This document shows, piece after piece, positions 1 through 9,544 of a stretch of DNA of 64,000 nt. This stretch comes from Crocinitomicaceae bacterium (lineage in GTDB: Bacteria > Bacteroidota > Bacteroidia > Flavobacteriales_D > Crocinitomicaceae). Position 1 is the stretch's first letter; each line of letters opens with the position of its first letter. The position numbers and the translations under genes were made by a program. Where the stretch lies: positions 52,807 through 116,806 of the forward strand of contig JBILPT010000001.1 in assembly GCA_044373675.1 (NCBI GenBank). The letters are read 5' to 3'. The notes under the pieces are model-generated. The model was not told where the DNA came from and ran no database searches. It saw only the letters and a program-made list of their open reading frames with translations.

Positions 1-2
1 TT

Positions 3-662
3 GTTTCCGGAGCCGATTACCAACATACAGATGAAAAATTATTAAAAGAAAATGCAAACTATTCTGATAAATATTGGGACAAAAGAACCATGGCACCTTC
101 GTGTTTATTGTTTTATGTTGGAATTAATAAAAGAGTGACAAATCTTCAACATCACAACTTATTTTTTGATGAATCACTTGATTTTCATGGCAAAGAAATT
201 TATAAGGATCCAAAATGGCCAACAGCTCCCTTATTTTATCTTTGTGTACCCTCTCTTTCAGATGCAACTGTTGCTCCTGAAAATTGCGAAAATATGTTTT
301 TCCTAATTCCAATTGCGCCAAATCTTGAAGACACAGAAGAAATTAGAGAGAAGTATTTTACTATTTTACTTGAACGTTTACAAAAATTAACGGGAAATAC
401 AATTAAAGAAAATATTGTTTACAAAAAAAGTTATTGTATTTCTGACTTTAAAAAAGATTACAATGCATATAAGGGAAATGCTTACGGCTTAGCAAACACA
501 TTAATGCAAACCGCCATATTGAAGCCGAGATTAAAAAGCAAAAAACTTTCAAATTTTTATTATACTGGTCAATTAACAGTTCCTGGTCCAGGCGTTCCTC
601 CTTCAATTATTTCGGGTGAAGTTGTAGCGAAAGAAATTATCAAAACACATAGTTTAAACTAA
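3..662 (+). CDS. crtI: Phytoene desaturase CrtI, C-terminal portion (5' end outside window)
   Basis: Frame is open from nt 3 (VSGADYQHTDEKLL...) into the listed ORF 90..662. C-terminal CrtI-like motifs MAPSCLLFYVGINK and YTGQLTVPGPGVPPSIISG. Phytoene synthase starts 4 nt downstream. Confidence 0.85.
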   Translation, partial: VSGADYQHTDEKLLKENANYSDKYWDKRTMAPSCLLFYVGINKRVTNLQHHNLFFDESLDFHGKEIYKDPKWPTAPLFYLCVPSLSDATVAPENCENMFFLIPIAPNLEDTEEIREKYFTILLERLQKLTGNTIKENIVYKKSYCISDFKKDYNAYKGNAYGLANTLMQTAILKPRLKSKKLSNFYYTGQLTVPGPGVPPSIISGEVVAKEIIKTHSLN

Positions 663-666
663 GTTT

Positions 667-1503
667 ATGAAACAGATATTCGACGATCTTAGTCAACAAA
701 TCAGTGAGATAACAACAAAAAAATACAGTACTTCCTTTTCTTTAGGTATAAAATGTCTTCACTCAGATTTACATAAACCAATTTATTCAATTTATGGTTT
801 TGTTCGATTTGCCGATGAAATTGTAGATTCCTTTGAGGGTTATGAGAAAGCAGAACTTTTGAAAGATTTTAAGATTCAAACATATAAAGCCATTGAAAGT
901 AAAATTTCCTTGAATCCAATTTTAAATAGTTTTCAGTGGGTTGTAAATAAATACGACGTTCCACATGAATTAATTGAAACGTTTTTAAATTCCATGGAAA
1001 TGGATCTTGAAGAGAAAACCTATGACACAGAAAATTATGAAAAATACATACTTGGCTCTGCTGAGGTTGTAGGACTAATGTGTTTAAAAGTATTTGTTGA
1101 AGGGAATGATGCTGAATATCAAAGACTAAAACCAAGCGCAATGAAGTTGGGCTCTGCCTTTCAAAAAATTAATTTTTTACGGGATTTGAATGCTGATTTT
1201 AAAGATCTAGGTCGTAGTTATTTTCCAGGAATAGACATGAAAGACTTCAATTCAGAAATTAAAAAGCAAATCGAAGAAGACATAGAAAAAGATTTTATAA
1301 CTGGATATAAAGGAATTTTAGAATTACCTCGAAAAGCAAAATTTGGTGTTTATATGGCCTACAAATATTATTTCAAATTATTCAAGAAAATAAAATCTAC
1401 TGAACCAAATGTTATTCTCAATGAGCGCGTTCGACTTCCAAATTACAGAAAAGCACGCATCCTTCTAACTTCAATTATTCGACTTAATCTCAACAGACTA
1501 TAA
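667..1503 (+). CDS. crtB: Phytoene synthase
   Basis: Squalene/phytoene synthase motifs YSTSFSLG, IYGFVRFADEIVD, GSAEVVGLM, AFQKINFLRDLNAD. Sits between crtI and idi. Confidence 0.9.
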   Translation: MKQIFDDLSQQISEITTKKYSTSFSLGIKCLHSDLHKPIYSIYGFVRFADEIVDSFEGYEKAELLKDFKIQTYKAIESKISLNPILNSFQWVVNKYDVPHELIETFLNSMEMDLEEKTYDTENYEKYILGSAEVVGLMCLKVFVEGNDAEYQRLKPSAMKLGSAFQKINFLRDLNADFKDLGRSYFPGIDMKDFNSEIKKQIEEDIEKDFITGYKGILELPRKAKFGVYMAYKYYFKLFKKIKSTEPNVILNERVRLPNYRKARILLTSIIRLNLNRL

Positions 1504-2033
1504 TGAATCCAGATTATGTTGTTCTTGTTGATGAATCAGATAACGAAATTGGTGTTATGGAAAAATTTGCGGCGCATGAACAAGGCAAGCTTCATCGTGC
1601 ATTTTCTGTATTTATATTTAATGATAAACATGAATTATTATTACAACGTCGGGCTTTGGGGAAATACCACTCAGAAGGATTATGGTCAAATACCTGCTGT
1701 AGCCATCCAATGCAAGGTGAGGAAATAATTGTAGCAGCTAAAAGAAGGCTCAAAGAAGAAATGGGAATGAGCTGTGATTTAAAACACACTTTTAAATTTA
1801 TTTACCACACCGAACTAGATAATGACTTAAAAGAACATGAAATCGACCACATTTTAATTGGTTTTTCTAATGAGACACCACATCCAAATCTTGAAGAAGT
1901 GATTGCTTTTAAATGGCTATCGCTTGAGTTTCTTAAAAAAGAAATTGAAATAAACCAAAGTGCTTATTCTGCTTGGTTGAAATTATTAATTAGAAATCAT
2001 TACTCACAAATTTTAAATAATTTAAAACCATGA
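1503..2033 (+). CDS. idi: Isopentenyl-diphosphate delta-isomerase, type 1 (Nudix fold)
   Basis: LHRAFSVFIFN...LLLQRRALGKYHSEGLWSNTCCSHP and EHEIDHIL motifs typical of IDI-1. Its ATG overlaps the crtB stop (TAATG). Confidence 0.9.
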   Translation: MNPDYVVLVDESDNEIGVMEKFAAHEQGKLHRAFSVFIFNDKHELLLQRRALGKYHSEGLWSNTCCSHPMQGEEIIVAAKRRLKEEMGMSCDLKHTFKFIYHTELDNDLKEHEIDHILIGFSNETPHPNLEEVIAFKWLSLEFLKKEIEINQSAYSAWLKLLIRNHYSQILNNLKP

Positions 2034-2434
2034 GGGTATGTAGAAGAGCAACATTTAATGCTGCTCACCGCTTGTTTCGTAAAGATTGGTCTGACGAAAA
2101 AAACAATAATGTGTTTGGAAAATGTAATAACCCTAATTTTCACGGTCACAATTATGTTCTCGAAGTATGGATTGAGGGAGCTATTGATTCAGAAACTGGT
2201 TATGTAATAGATTTAAAAATTGTGAAAGACCTTATTAAAAATGAAATTACAGATCGTTTTGATCACAAAAACCTAAATTTAGACTGCAAAGAATTTTTAA
2301 ATTTAAATCCAACAGCTGAAAATATTGCAGTTGTCTGTTGGAATTTGCTTCGTACAGAATTAGATACTAAATATAAATTGAGTGTCAAACTGTGGGAGAC
2401 CGAAAATAACCTTGTAGAATATAACGGCCAATAA
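2030..2434 (+). CDS. 6-pyruvoyl-tetrahydropterin synthase family protein (PTPS/QueD superfamily)
   Basis: FNAAHRL...GKCNNPNFHGHNY...DHKNLNLD. This closely resembles the animal-type PTPS core rather than E. coli QueD (as I recall it). ATGA overlap with the idi stop. Confidence 0.85.
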   Translation: MRVCRRATFNAAHRLFRKDWSDEKNNNVFGKCNNPNFHGHNYVLEVWIEGAIDSETGYVIDLKIVKDLIKNEITDRFDHKNLNLDCKEFLNLNPTAENIAVVCWNLLRTELDTKYKLSVKLWETENNLVEYNGQ

Positions 2435-2453
2435 ATCACTTAAATCAAAAAAA

Positions 2454-3761
2454 ATGACTGCTCTTTTTTGGCATAGACGTGATTTACGTATTAATGATAA
2501 TAAAGGTCTTTTTGAAGCTTTAAAGCAAAATGAGATTGTCCATCCAATTTTTATTTTTGATAAATCCATCTTAGATAAATTACCAAATAATGACCAGCGC
2601 ATTTTATTTATATACCAGGAAATTAAAAGTCTAAAAAAAAGCTATCAAAATCTTGGGTCAGATTTATGGGTTTACTATGGTAAACCTTCAGAAATCATTC
2701 CGAAAATAGCACAAGAATTAAACTGTTCATCAGTCTATTTTAATAATGATTATGAGCCTTATGCTCTACAACGAGACCAAGAAATTCAAGTATCATTGAA
2801 TAAAATAAAAATTGAATTCATAGGAAAAAAAGACCATGTTATCTTTGAAAAAAATGAGGTCTTAAAAGATGATGGAAAACCCTATACAATCTTTACTCCC
2901 TATTCAAGAAAATGGAAGGCAAATTTAAAAGAAGAGCAGCTAAGAGAATATTCCATAGAAAAACACACTGGAAATTTAGTCCAAAAACAACAAGAAGAAG
3001 CCTTAATTACTCTTGAAGAAATGGGGTTTGAATCAAAAGTTTTGCATGATTTTCCAAATAGAATTGCCGAGAATGAAATTTTAAAAAATTATCACCTTTC
3101 TCGCAACTTTCCTGCTGTTAAAGGAACTAGCAAGTTAAGTCTTCATCTTAGATTTGGAACGATTAGCATTCGAAAATTGGCATTGATAGCTCGCGAACAA
3201 AACGAAACCTACCTTAACGAGTTGATATGGCGTGACTTTTATCAAATGATTATTTTTCACTTTCCTAAAAGTGCGGAAAATTCATTTAAAGCGCAATACG
3301 ACAAAATTATTTGGGAAAAAAACGAAGCCCATTTTGATTCCTGGTGTACTGGAAAAACAGGTTATCCTATAGTTGATGCTGGAATGCGAGAATTAAATGC
3401 AACAGGTTTTATGCACAACAGAGTTAGAATGGTTGTAGCTAGCTTTCTCACAAAACATTTGTTGTTAGATTGGCGCTTAGGGGCCGCCTACTTTGCTGAG
3501 AAACTATTGGATTTTGAACTTGCAAGTAATACTGGAGGTTGGCAATGGGCAGCAGGTTGTGGTTGTGATGCCGCACCCTATTTTCGTGTATTCAATCCGC
3601 AAGCACAGCAGGAAAAATTTGATAAATCATTCGAATACATTAAAAAATGGGTTCCAGAATACGGAACAAGTTCTTACCCTGAGCCAATTATTGAACATAA
3701 ATTTGCAAGAGAGCGAATTTTACAACGATTTAAATCTGCATTAAACGAAACCAATGCTTAA
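2454..3761 (+). CDS. phr: Photolyase/cryptochrome family protein (class I CPD photolyase or Cry-DASH-like)
   Basis: N-terminal LFWHRRDLRINDNKGL. C-terminal FAD-binding region WRDFY...GYPIVDAGMRELNATGFMHNRVRMVVASFL...GGWQWAAGCGCDAAPYFRVFNP. Confidence 0.85.
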   Translation: MTALFWHRRDLRINDNKGLFEALKQNEIVHPIFIFDKSILDKLPNNDQRILFIYQEIKSLKKSYQNLGSDLWVYYGKPSEIIPKIAQELNCSSVYFNNDYEPYALQRDQEIQVSLNKIKIEFIGKKDHVIFEKNEVLKDDGKPYTIFTPYSRKWKANLKEEQLREYSIEKHTGNLVQKQQEEALITLEEMGFESKVLHDFPNRIAENEILKNYHLSRNFPAVKGTSKLSLHLRFGTISIRKLALIAREQNETYLNELIWRDFYQMIIFHFPKSAENSFKAQYDKIIWEKNEAHFDSWCTGKTGYPIVDAGMRELNATGFMHNRVRMVVASFLTKHLLLDWRLGAAYFAEKLLDFELASNTGGWQWAAGCGCDAAPYFRVFNPQAQQEKFDKSFEYIKKWVPEYGTSSYPEPIIEHKFARERILQRFKSALNETNA

Positions 3762-4218
3762 AATAGAAGATACCTGTCCAATTTTTGAATTACCAAATCA
3801 ATTTGGAGAGACTATAAAAATTAGTGAATTATTAGGTAAAAAAATACTTGTTATTTTCTTTTATCCAAAAGATTATACTTCAGGTTGTACACTAGAAGCT
3901 TGTGCTTTCAGAGATAATTATGATGAATTTCAAGGTTTAAATTGTGAGATTATTGGTATTTCGTCGGATAATGAAAATCGTCACTTAGAATTTTCAAAAA
4001 AATATCTATTAAACTACAGTCTACTCGCTGATTCAAATAAAAAAGCACGAAAAGCATTTGAAGTTCCAACAAATTTATTTGGTCTAATTCCCGGAAGAGT
4101 TACATACGTAATTGGCTTAGATCAAAAAATTAAAGCAATTTATAATTCACAAACAAATCCCTTTGGTCACATTCAAAAAGCCTTGGAAATAGTTAAGGTT
4201 CTCAATTCCGACTCATAA
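3754..4218 (+). CDS. bcp: Thiol peroxidase / peroxiredoxin Bcp
   Basis: AhpC/TSA motif FFYPKDYTSGCTLEACAFRD. Overlaps the photolyase stop by 8 nt. Confidence 0.85.
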   Translation: MLKIEDTCPIFELPNQFGETIKISELLGKKILVIFFYPKDYTSGCTLEACAFRDNYDEFQGLNCEIIGISSDNENRHLEFSKKYLLNYSLLADSNKKARKAFEVPTNLFGLIPGRVTYVIGLDQKIKAIYNSQTNPFGHIQKALEIVKVLNSDS

Positions 4219-4298
4219 AATAATTTATTGGTTATTTTAAGCTTCTTTTTGCCTGCCTCTGACACAAAATGTGTAACTTCACGAAAATTTATTTAGTA

Positions 4299-4898
4299 AT
4301 GGACTCAGATTTAGAAAAAGTAAGTTACGCAGTTGGAATGAGTATTGGAGAAAGTTTAAAAGCCCAAAACTTAGAAGATATTGATACGAAAAAGCTTTCA
4401 TTAGCGATGGATACTATTTTCAAAAATCAAGACCCACTCTTTACACCTGAGGAGGCGAACGGTATTATTCAAGCTTATCTTGACACAAAAAAACATGCAG
4501 CTTATGGAAGTCTCAAACTTGAGGGTGAAAAGTTTTTAGAAAATAATAAATCAAATAAAGATATTCAAACCACAGAATCTGGATTGCAATATGAAATAAT
4601 AAAAAGTGGAAATGGCAAGAGACCTTCAAAAACAGATACAGTAAGTGTGCATTATCATGGAACCCTTATAGATGGAACTGTTTTTGATAGTTCAGTAGAA
4701 AGAGGGACGCCTGCTAGTTTTGGAGTTCATCAAGTAATTCCAGGGTGGACAGAAGCTTTGCAATTGATGGATACTGGCTCCAAATTCAGATTATTTATAC
4801 CACAAGAATTGGCCTACGGTGCAAATCCACATCCCGGTGGACCTATACAACCATTTAGTGCGCTTATTTTTGAAGTAGAATTATTAGAAATTAATTAA
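4299..4898 (+). CDS. FKBP-type peptidyl-prolyl cis-trans isomerase (FklB/FkpA-like)
   Basis: C-terminal FKBP domain VHYHGTLIDGTVFDSS...GVHQVIPGWTEALQLM..G.KFRLFIPQELAYG. I prefer the internal ATG at 4299 (MDSDLEKVSYAVG) over the 4269 start of the ORF track. Confidence 0.8.
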   Translation: MDSDLEKVSYAVGMSIGESLKAQNLEDIDTKKLSLAMDTIFKNQDPLFTPEEANGIIQAYLDTKKHAAYGSLKLEGEKFLENNKSNKDIQTTESGLQYEIIKSGNGKRPSKTDTVSVHYHGTLIDGTVFDSSVERGTPASFGVHQVIPGWTEALQLMDTGSKFRLFIPQELAYGANPHPGGPIQPFSALIFEVELLEIN

Positions 4899-4906
4899 AA
4901 AGAAAT

Positions 4907-5833
4907 ATGAAATACCTATCATTTATTATCTTAAGTTCACTAATGTTTTTTAGTTGTGGAGACAAAAAAGATACTAGTAAGCCAATTGAATTTAAAAATC
5001 AAAAAGAAAAACTTTCCTATATTCTTGGAGCTATCAATGCAAAAACACTGTCTAATAGCGGTGAAGCATCATTTAGTCAACTAGATAAAGAACTCTTAAT
5101 TAAAGGATTTAATGAAAACCTAAATGGTAATTCAACAGAAGAGTGCTTACAAACTCTGCAAAAATTATTTGGTGCAACTTATCAAGATTTTAATAAAAAG
5201 TATGTTAAAGAAGGTTCGCTTTGTATGGGAAGAATGACAGGTTACGCATTTTATTTTGATATTAAAAAATTAGGTGGTTTAAACGATGTAGATCTTGAGT
5301 TTGTGAAACAAGGTTACGAAGATGGACTTTATAATAGAGATACCTTGACATTCAAAGAAAAAGAAATGCGAGAGGAAATGCAAAATTTTATTGTTAAATT
5401 AAACGAAATAAACGGCGAAAAAATGCTTGCAAAAGCAAAAAAAATAAAAGGGGCAGAGATTTTTGAAAATGGAATTATAATGGAAACTTTACGTTCCGGA
5501 AAAGGAACACAACCTTCAGCAACTGACGATGTTAAAGTTCATTATATTCTAACATCTGCCTTGGGGGATACCGTTCAAAATTCGTATACCATGAAAAATG
5601 AAGCTGGAATTAGCGAAGCTGTGCCCTTGCAATTAAGTGGTGGTGTAATACCCGGTTGGTCTTACGTTCTACCTAAAATGAAAAAAGGAGGTTTGTACAG
5701 AGTTTATATTCCTTGGAACTTAGCTTACGGAGAGCAACAAGGAAGAGAATCACTTTGTTTTGTAATTGAGCTAATTGATCACGCAAAAACTGGAAGCTTT
5801 ATAAAACCTGAAATGAATCCGAACGGTCAATAA
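4907..5833 (+). CDS. FKBP-type peptidyl-prolyl isomerase, probable lipoprotein
   Basis: Signal peptide plus Cys (LMFFSCGDKK). C-terminal FKBP domain VHYILTSALGDTV...VIPGWSYVLPKMKKGGLYRVYIPWNLAYG. Tandem paralogue of the preceding gene. Confidence 0.75.
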   Translation: MKYLSFIILSSLMFFSCGDKKDTSKPIEFKNQKEKLSYILGAINAKTLSNSGEASFSQLDKELLIKGFNENLNGNSTEECLQTLQKLFGATYQDFNKKYVKEGSLCMGRMTGYAFYFDIKKLGGLNDVDLEFVKQGYEDGLYNRDTLTFKEKEMREEMQNFIVKLNEINGEKMLAKAKKIKGAEIFENGIIMETLRSGKGTQPSATDDVKVHYILTSALGDTVQNSYTMKNEAGISEAVPLQLSGGVIPGWSYVLPKMKKGGLYRVYIPWNLAYGEQQGRESLCFVIELIDHAKTGSFIKPEMNPNGQ

Positions 5834-5857
5834 ATAAAAGTTTTTATATTTACACTT

Positions 5858-7009
5858 ATGCAAAAAATCAAGAAATACCTCTCTTTTACATTTATTAGTT
5901 TAGGTTTAGTAGTCCTAAATTCATGTAACGAAAAAATTGAATTAATAGGGGATTTTGTTGAAACTGCAGTTGTATATGGCTTATTAGATCAAGCAGATTC
6001 ACTGCATTATATAAAAATAAACAGAGCTTTTATTGGGCCAGGAAACGCTTTAGAAATTGCACAAATAGCGGATTCAAGTTATTTCACCAATGTAGAGGCA
6101 ACCATATCTGAATATCTTAATGGAAATCTTACAAGATCATGGTTATTGAGAGATACTATTTTAGATAATAAAGATACAAATGGCGTTTTTTATGCACCCG
6201 AGCAAAAAGTATATTACTTTAAAACAAATCCAACTGGATTTAATGGCGTAATTCAGCCATCCTCAAATCCTCAAATGACTTCTTTAAATCCCCAAGCAAT
6301 TTATAAAATTGACATTATTCTTAACGATGGTGCATTTTCTGTTAGCGCAGAAACTGAATTAGTGAGAGGTATCACTTCTGCTGCAGCTACTCAAAACTTT
6401 AATTTTAAATTTGCTAATAATCCTGGAGAATATACATCAACAGGAATAACAGTTTCATCAACAGGAAATTCTTTTATTTTAAATACACAATTAAAAATCA
6501 CTTATGATGAGTGGGAAAACAACACTTATTCAGAAAAATCATTCTTTTGGAACCTTGGTGAAGCAGATGTTCAACCATCATCAAGTAAAATATTTACAGC
6601 AAATGGTCAAACATTTTATGATTTGATGAAAAGTAATTGTTCTGAAAATCTAGCAATTACAAAAAGAACATTTAAAGGTGTAACTATAAAAATTACAGGT
6701 GGAGCAGAAGAACTCTACAATTTCATAGCAGTTAATAAGCCCTCATCAGGCTTAGCTCAAAGTAAACCTACTTATACTAACCTCAGCGTTACAAATGGGA
6801 AGAGAGTGATTGGTGTTTTCTCATCTCGGCAGACAGTAGAAATCTATCATCCTTTTTATGTTTCTCCGCAACAGGCATTTCTTAGGGCACTTGATAAAAA
6901 AAGCACAAGAGAACTTTGTCAAGGCCCTATAACTGGATTATATTTATTTTGCTCTAATCATCCCGGAGATAACGTAGTAAATCAAGAAGAAAGCTACGCT
7001 TGTCAATAA
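5858..7009 (+). CDS. Hypothetical lipoprotein
   Basis: Long ORF with lipoprotein-type signal (LGLVVLNSCNEK). No family recognised by eye. Cys-containing C-terminus (CQGPITGLYLFCSNHPGD...YACQ). Confidence 0.6.
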   Translation: MQKIKKYLSFTFISLGLVVLNSCNEKIELIGDFVETAVVYGLLDQADSLHYIKINRAFIGPGNALEIAQIADSSYFTNVEATISEYLNGNLTRSWLLRDTILDNKDTNGVFYAPEQKVYYFKTNPTGFNGVIQPSSNPQMTSLNPQAIYKIDIILNDGAFSVSAETELVRGITSAAATQNFNFKFANNPGEYTSTGITVSSTGNSFILNTQLKITYDEWENNTYSEKSFFWNLGEADVQPSSSKIFTANGQTFYDLMKSNCSENLAITKRTFKGVTIKITGGAEELYNFIAVNKPSSGLAQSKPTYTNLSVTNGKRVIGVFSSRQTVEIYHPFYVSPQQAFLRALDKKSTRELCQGPITGLYLFCSNHPGDNVVNQEESYACQ

Positions 7010-7059
7010 GTTATTGTTCTAACTATTTAAAAATATAGGCGTTTTATTATTTTTACACT

Positions 7060-9543
7060 GTGAGTGATAGAAAAACTTTATTTGCAGATGTTTTACTGCC
7101 TGTTCCAATACACCAAGTTTTTACTTATCGTATTCCTTTTGAATTAAATAATTCAATAAAATTTGGAGTTCGGGTAATTGTACCTTTCGGCAAAAACAAA
7201 TTACAAACTGGAATTATTACAAGAATCCACGAAGAAATTCCAATTTCTTACCAAGCAAAATACATCGAACATCAGTTGGATGAACGCCCAATTATAACTG
7301 AAAACCAATTGCACTTTTGGGAATGGATTTCCTCTTATTATATGGCGCCTTTAGGAGATGTAATGAATGCCGCATTACCCTCTAATTTTAAATTAGCAAG
7401 CGAAACAATACTTGTTATTCACCCAGAATTTAGTGCAGAATTAGACTCCTTAGATGAGAAAGAACAGATAATTGTTGATGCGCTAAGTGCAAAAGATTCT
7501 CTCGACTTAAAAGAACTTTCTGTAATTCTCGGTATAAAAACAATTCAACCACTCATAAAAAAGATGATTGAAAGAAGAATTGTTATTTCAAAAGAAGAAA
7601 TCAACCAGCGCTATTCACCAAAGACACTGACATGTATTTCATTCTCTGAGGATTTTTCAAATGAACAAAATTTAGCTCAATTATTAGAAGAAATGGAGCA
7701 AAATGCACGTATGCAAAAGCAATTTGACACACTCTTAATTTTAATAAAAGAGGCAATGGATTGCGGTTCTATACTTACTCCAATTCCTAAAAAAATACTA
7801 CTTGAAAAAGGAATTAGTGCTTCAGCACTTTTAACATTGGAAAAAAGAGGTGTTCTTATTTCTGAGCGTTATCAAATTGATAGAATAAAAAATAAAATAG
7901 ATGCCTCGAATGTATTTAAAGAGTTAACAAAAGCTCAAGTTCTTGCTTTAGAAGAAATTAAAAGTGCATTTGAGACAAAAAATGTTGCCTTATTACATGG
8001 TGTTACAGGCTCTGGAAAAACTGAAATTTATGTTCAGCTTATTCAAGAACAATTAGACAGTGGAAAGCAGGTTTTATTTCTTCTACCTGAAATTGCCTTA
8101 ACAACACAATTAATTCAACGCTTATCTTACTACTTTGGAGCACAAGTTGGAGTTTATCATTCGCGGTTTAATCAAAATGAACGAATTGAAATATGGAACA
8201 AAGTACTTGAAAACAACGCAGAACAATTTCGAATTATTTTAGGTGCTCGTTCTTCGGTTTTTCTTCCATACCAAGACTTGGGATTAATTATCGTAGATGA
8301 GGAGCACGAAAGTTCCTTTAAACAATATGATCCTTCTCCAAGATACAATGCAAGAGATGCAGCAATTATTCTAGCAAAGCAATACGGCGCAAAAGTATTA
8401 CTAGGAACTGCTACTCCTTCGTTGGAAACATATTACAATGCAAAGACAGGCAAATTTGCGCTTATTAATTTATTAGAGCGATACAAAGGTTTAGAACTCC
8501 CAGAAATTATTTGTGCCGATTTAAAACGCGAGCGAAAATTAAAAAATATGCAGGCGCATTTTTCATCTCTTTTAGTCGATGAGATGAAAATAGCACTGGA
8601 TAAAGGTGAGCAAATAATTTTATTTCAAAATCGTAGAGGATACACACCACTTTGGTCTTGTGAAATTTGTGCCTGGACTCCAAGATGTATAAATTGTGAT
8701 GTCTCATTAACCTACCACAAACACAGTAATTTGTTAAAATGCCATTACTGTAGTTATTCATCAGCACCTGTTGGATCGTGTCCATCTTGTGGAAGTAATC
8801 GCTTAAAAATGCTTGGTTTCGGAACGGAAAAAATAGAGGATGATTTGGCCTTAATTTTTCCAGAAAATACAATTAAAAGATTAGATTTAGATAGCACAAG
8901 AAGCAAAAATGCCTACGAAGAAATATTGAGCGATTTTGAAAATCGAAAGATTAATATTTTAATCGGTACGCAAATGGTAACAAAAGGTCTTGATTTTGAT
9001 AATGTGAGTCTCGTTGGAATATTAGATGCTGATATGCTTCTAAAAAGACCAGATTTCAGAGCATATGAAAGATCGTATCAACTAATGTCACAAGTTGCTG
9101 GAAGAGCAGGGAGAAAAGAAAAAAGAGGGAAAGTAATTATTCAAACCGCAGATCCAGAACATTGGGTTATTCAATTAGTAATGAAACACGATTATTTCGG
9201 TTTTTACAAAAATGAAATCATAGAACGGGAAAATTTTTTCTATCCACCATTTTATAAGATGATAACGCTAACTTTAAAACACAAGGAAGAATTTCTCGTA
9301 GACCGAGCTGCGTTGGAGTTAGCACAATCCTTGAGAAATGTCTTTAAAGAACGTGTTTTAGGACCTGAGTTTCCACTCATCAAAAGAATTCAGAATTTAT
9401 TTTTAAAAGAAATAAAACTAAAAATTGAACGCTCTGCTTCAGATAAAAAAGTAAAGGAACGAATTGCTTTGACAATCGATGAGTTTTATGCTAAACCCGC
9501 CAATAAACCAATTCGAATTGTTATTGATGTTGATTCACTCTAA
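7060..9543 (+). CDS. priA: Primosomal protein N' (replication restart helicase PriA)
   Basis: Walker A GVTGSGKTE, DEEH box, and the PriA Cys-rich zinc region CEICAWTPRCINCDVSLTYH...CHYCSYS...CPSCGS. GTG start. Confidence 0.92.
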   Translation: MSDRKTLFADVLLPVPIHQVFTYRIPFELNNSIKFGVRVIVPFGKNKLQTGIITRIHEEIPISYQAKYIEHQLDERPIITENQLHFWEWISSYYMAPLGDVMNAALPSNFKLASETILVIHPEFSAELDSLDEKEQIIVDALSAKDSLDLKELSVILGIKTIQPLIKKMIERRIVISKEEINQRYSPKTLTCISFSEDFSNEQNLAQLLEEMEQNARMQKQFDTLLILIKEAMDCGSILTPIPKKILLEKGISASALLTLEKRGVLISERYQIDRIKNKIDASNVFKELTKAQVLALEEIKSAFETKNVALLHGVTGSGKTEIYVQLIQEQLDSGKQVLFLLPEIALTTQLIQRLSYYFGAQVGVYHSRFNQNERIEIWNKVLENNAEQFRIILGARSSVFLPYQDLGLIIVDEEHESSFKQYDPSPRYNARDAAIILAKQYGAKVLLGTATPSLETYYNAKTGKFALINLLERYKGLELPEIICADLKRERKLKNMQAHFSSLLVDEMKIALDKGEQIILFQNRRGYTPLWSCEICAWTPRCINCDVSLTYHKHSNLLKCHYCSYSSAPVGSCPSCGSNRLKMLGFGTEKIEDDLALIFPENTIKRLDLDSTRSKNAYEEILSDFENRKINILIGTQMVTKGLDFDNVSLVGILDADMLLKRPDFRAYERSYQLMSQVAGRAGRKEKRGKVIIQTADPEHWVIQLVMKHDYFGFYKNEIIERENFFYPPFYKMITLTLKHKEEFLVDRAALELAQSLRNVFKERVLGPEFPLIKRIQNLFLKEIKLKIERSASDKKVKERIALTIDEFYAKPANKPIRIVIDVDSL

Positions 9544-9544
9544 A

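Noticed and set aside
9509-9520. Perfect 12-nt palindrome CAATTCGAATTG near the priA 3' end, considered as a bidirectional terminator for priA/rpoD.
   Set aside because: It could form only a 4-5 bp AT-rich stem with a minimal loop and no flanking U-tract, so it is too weak to call.
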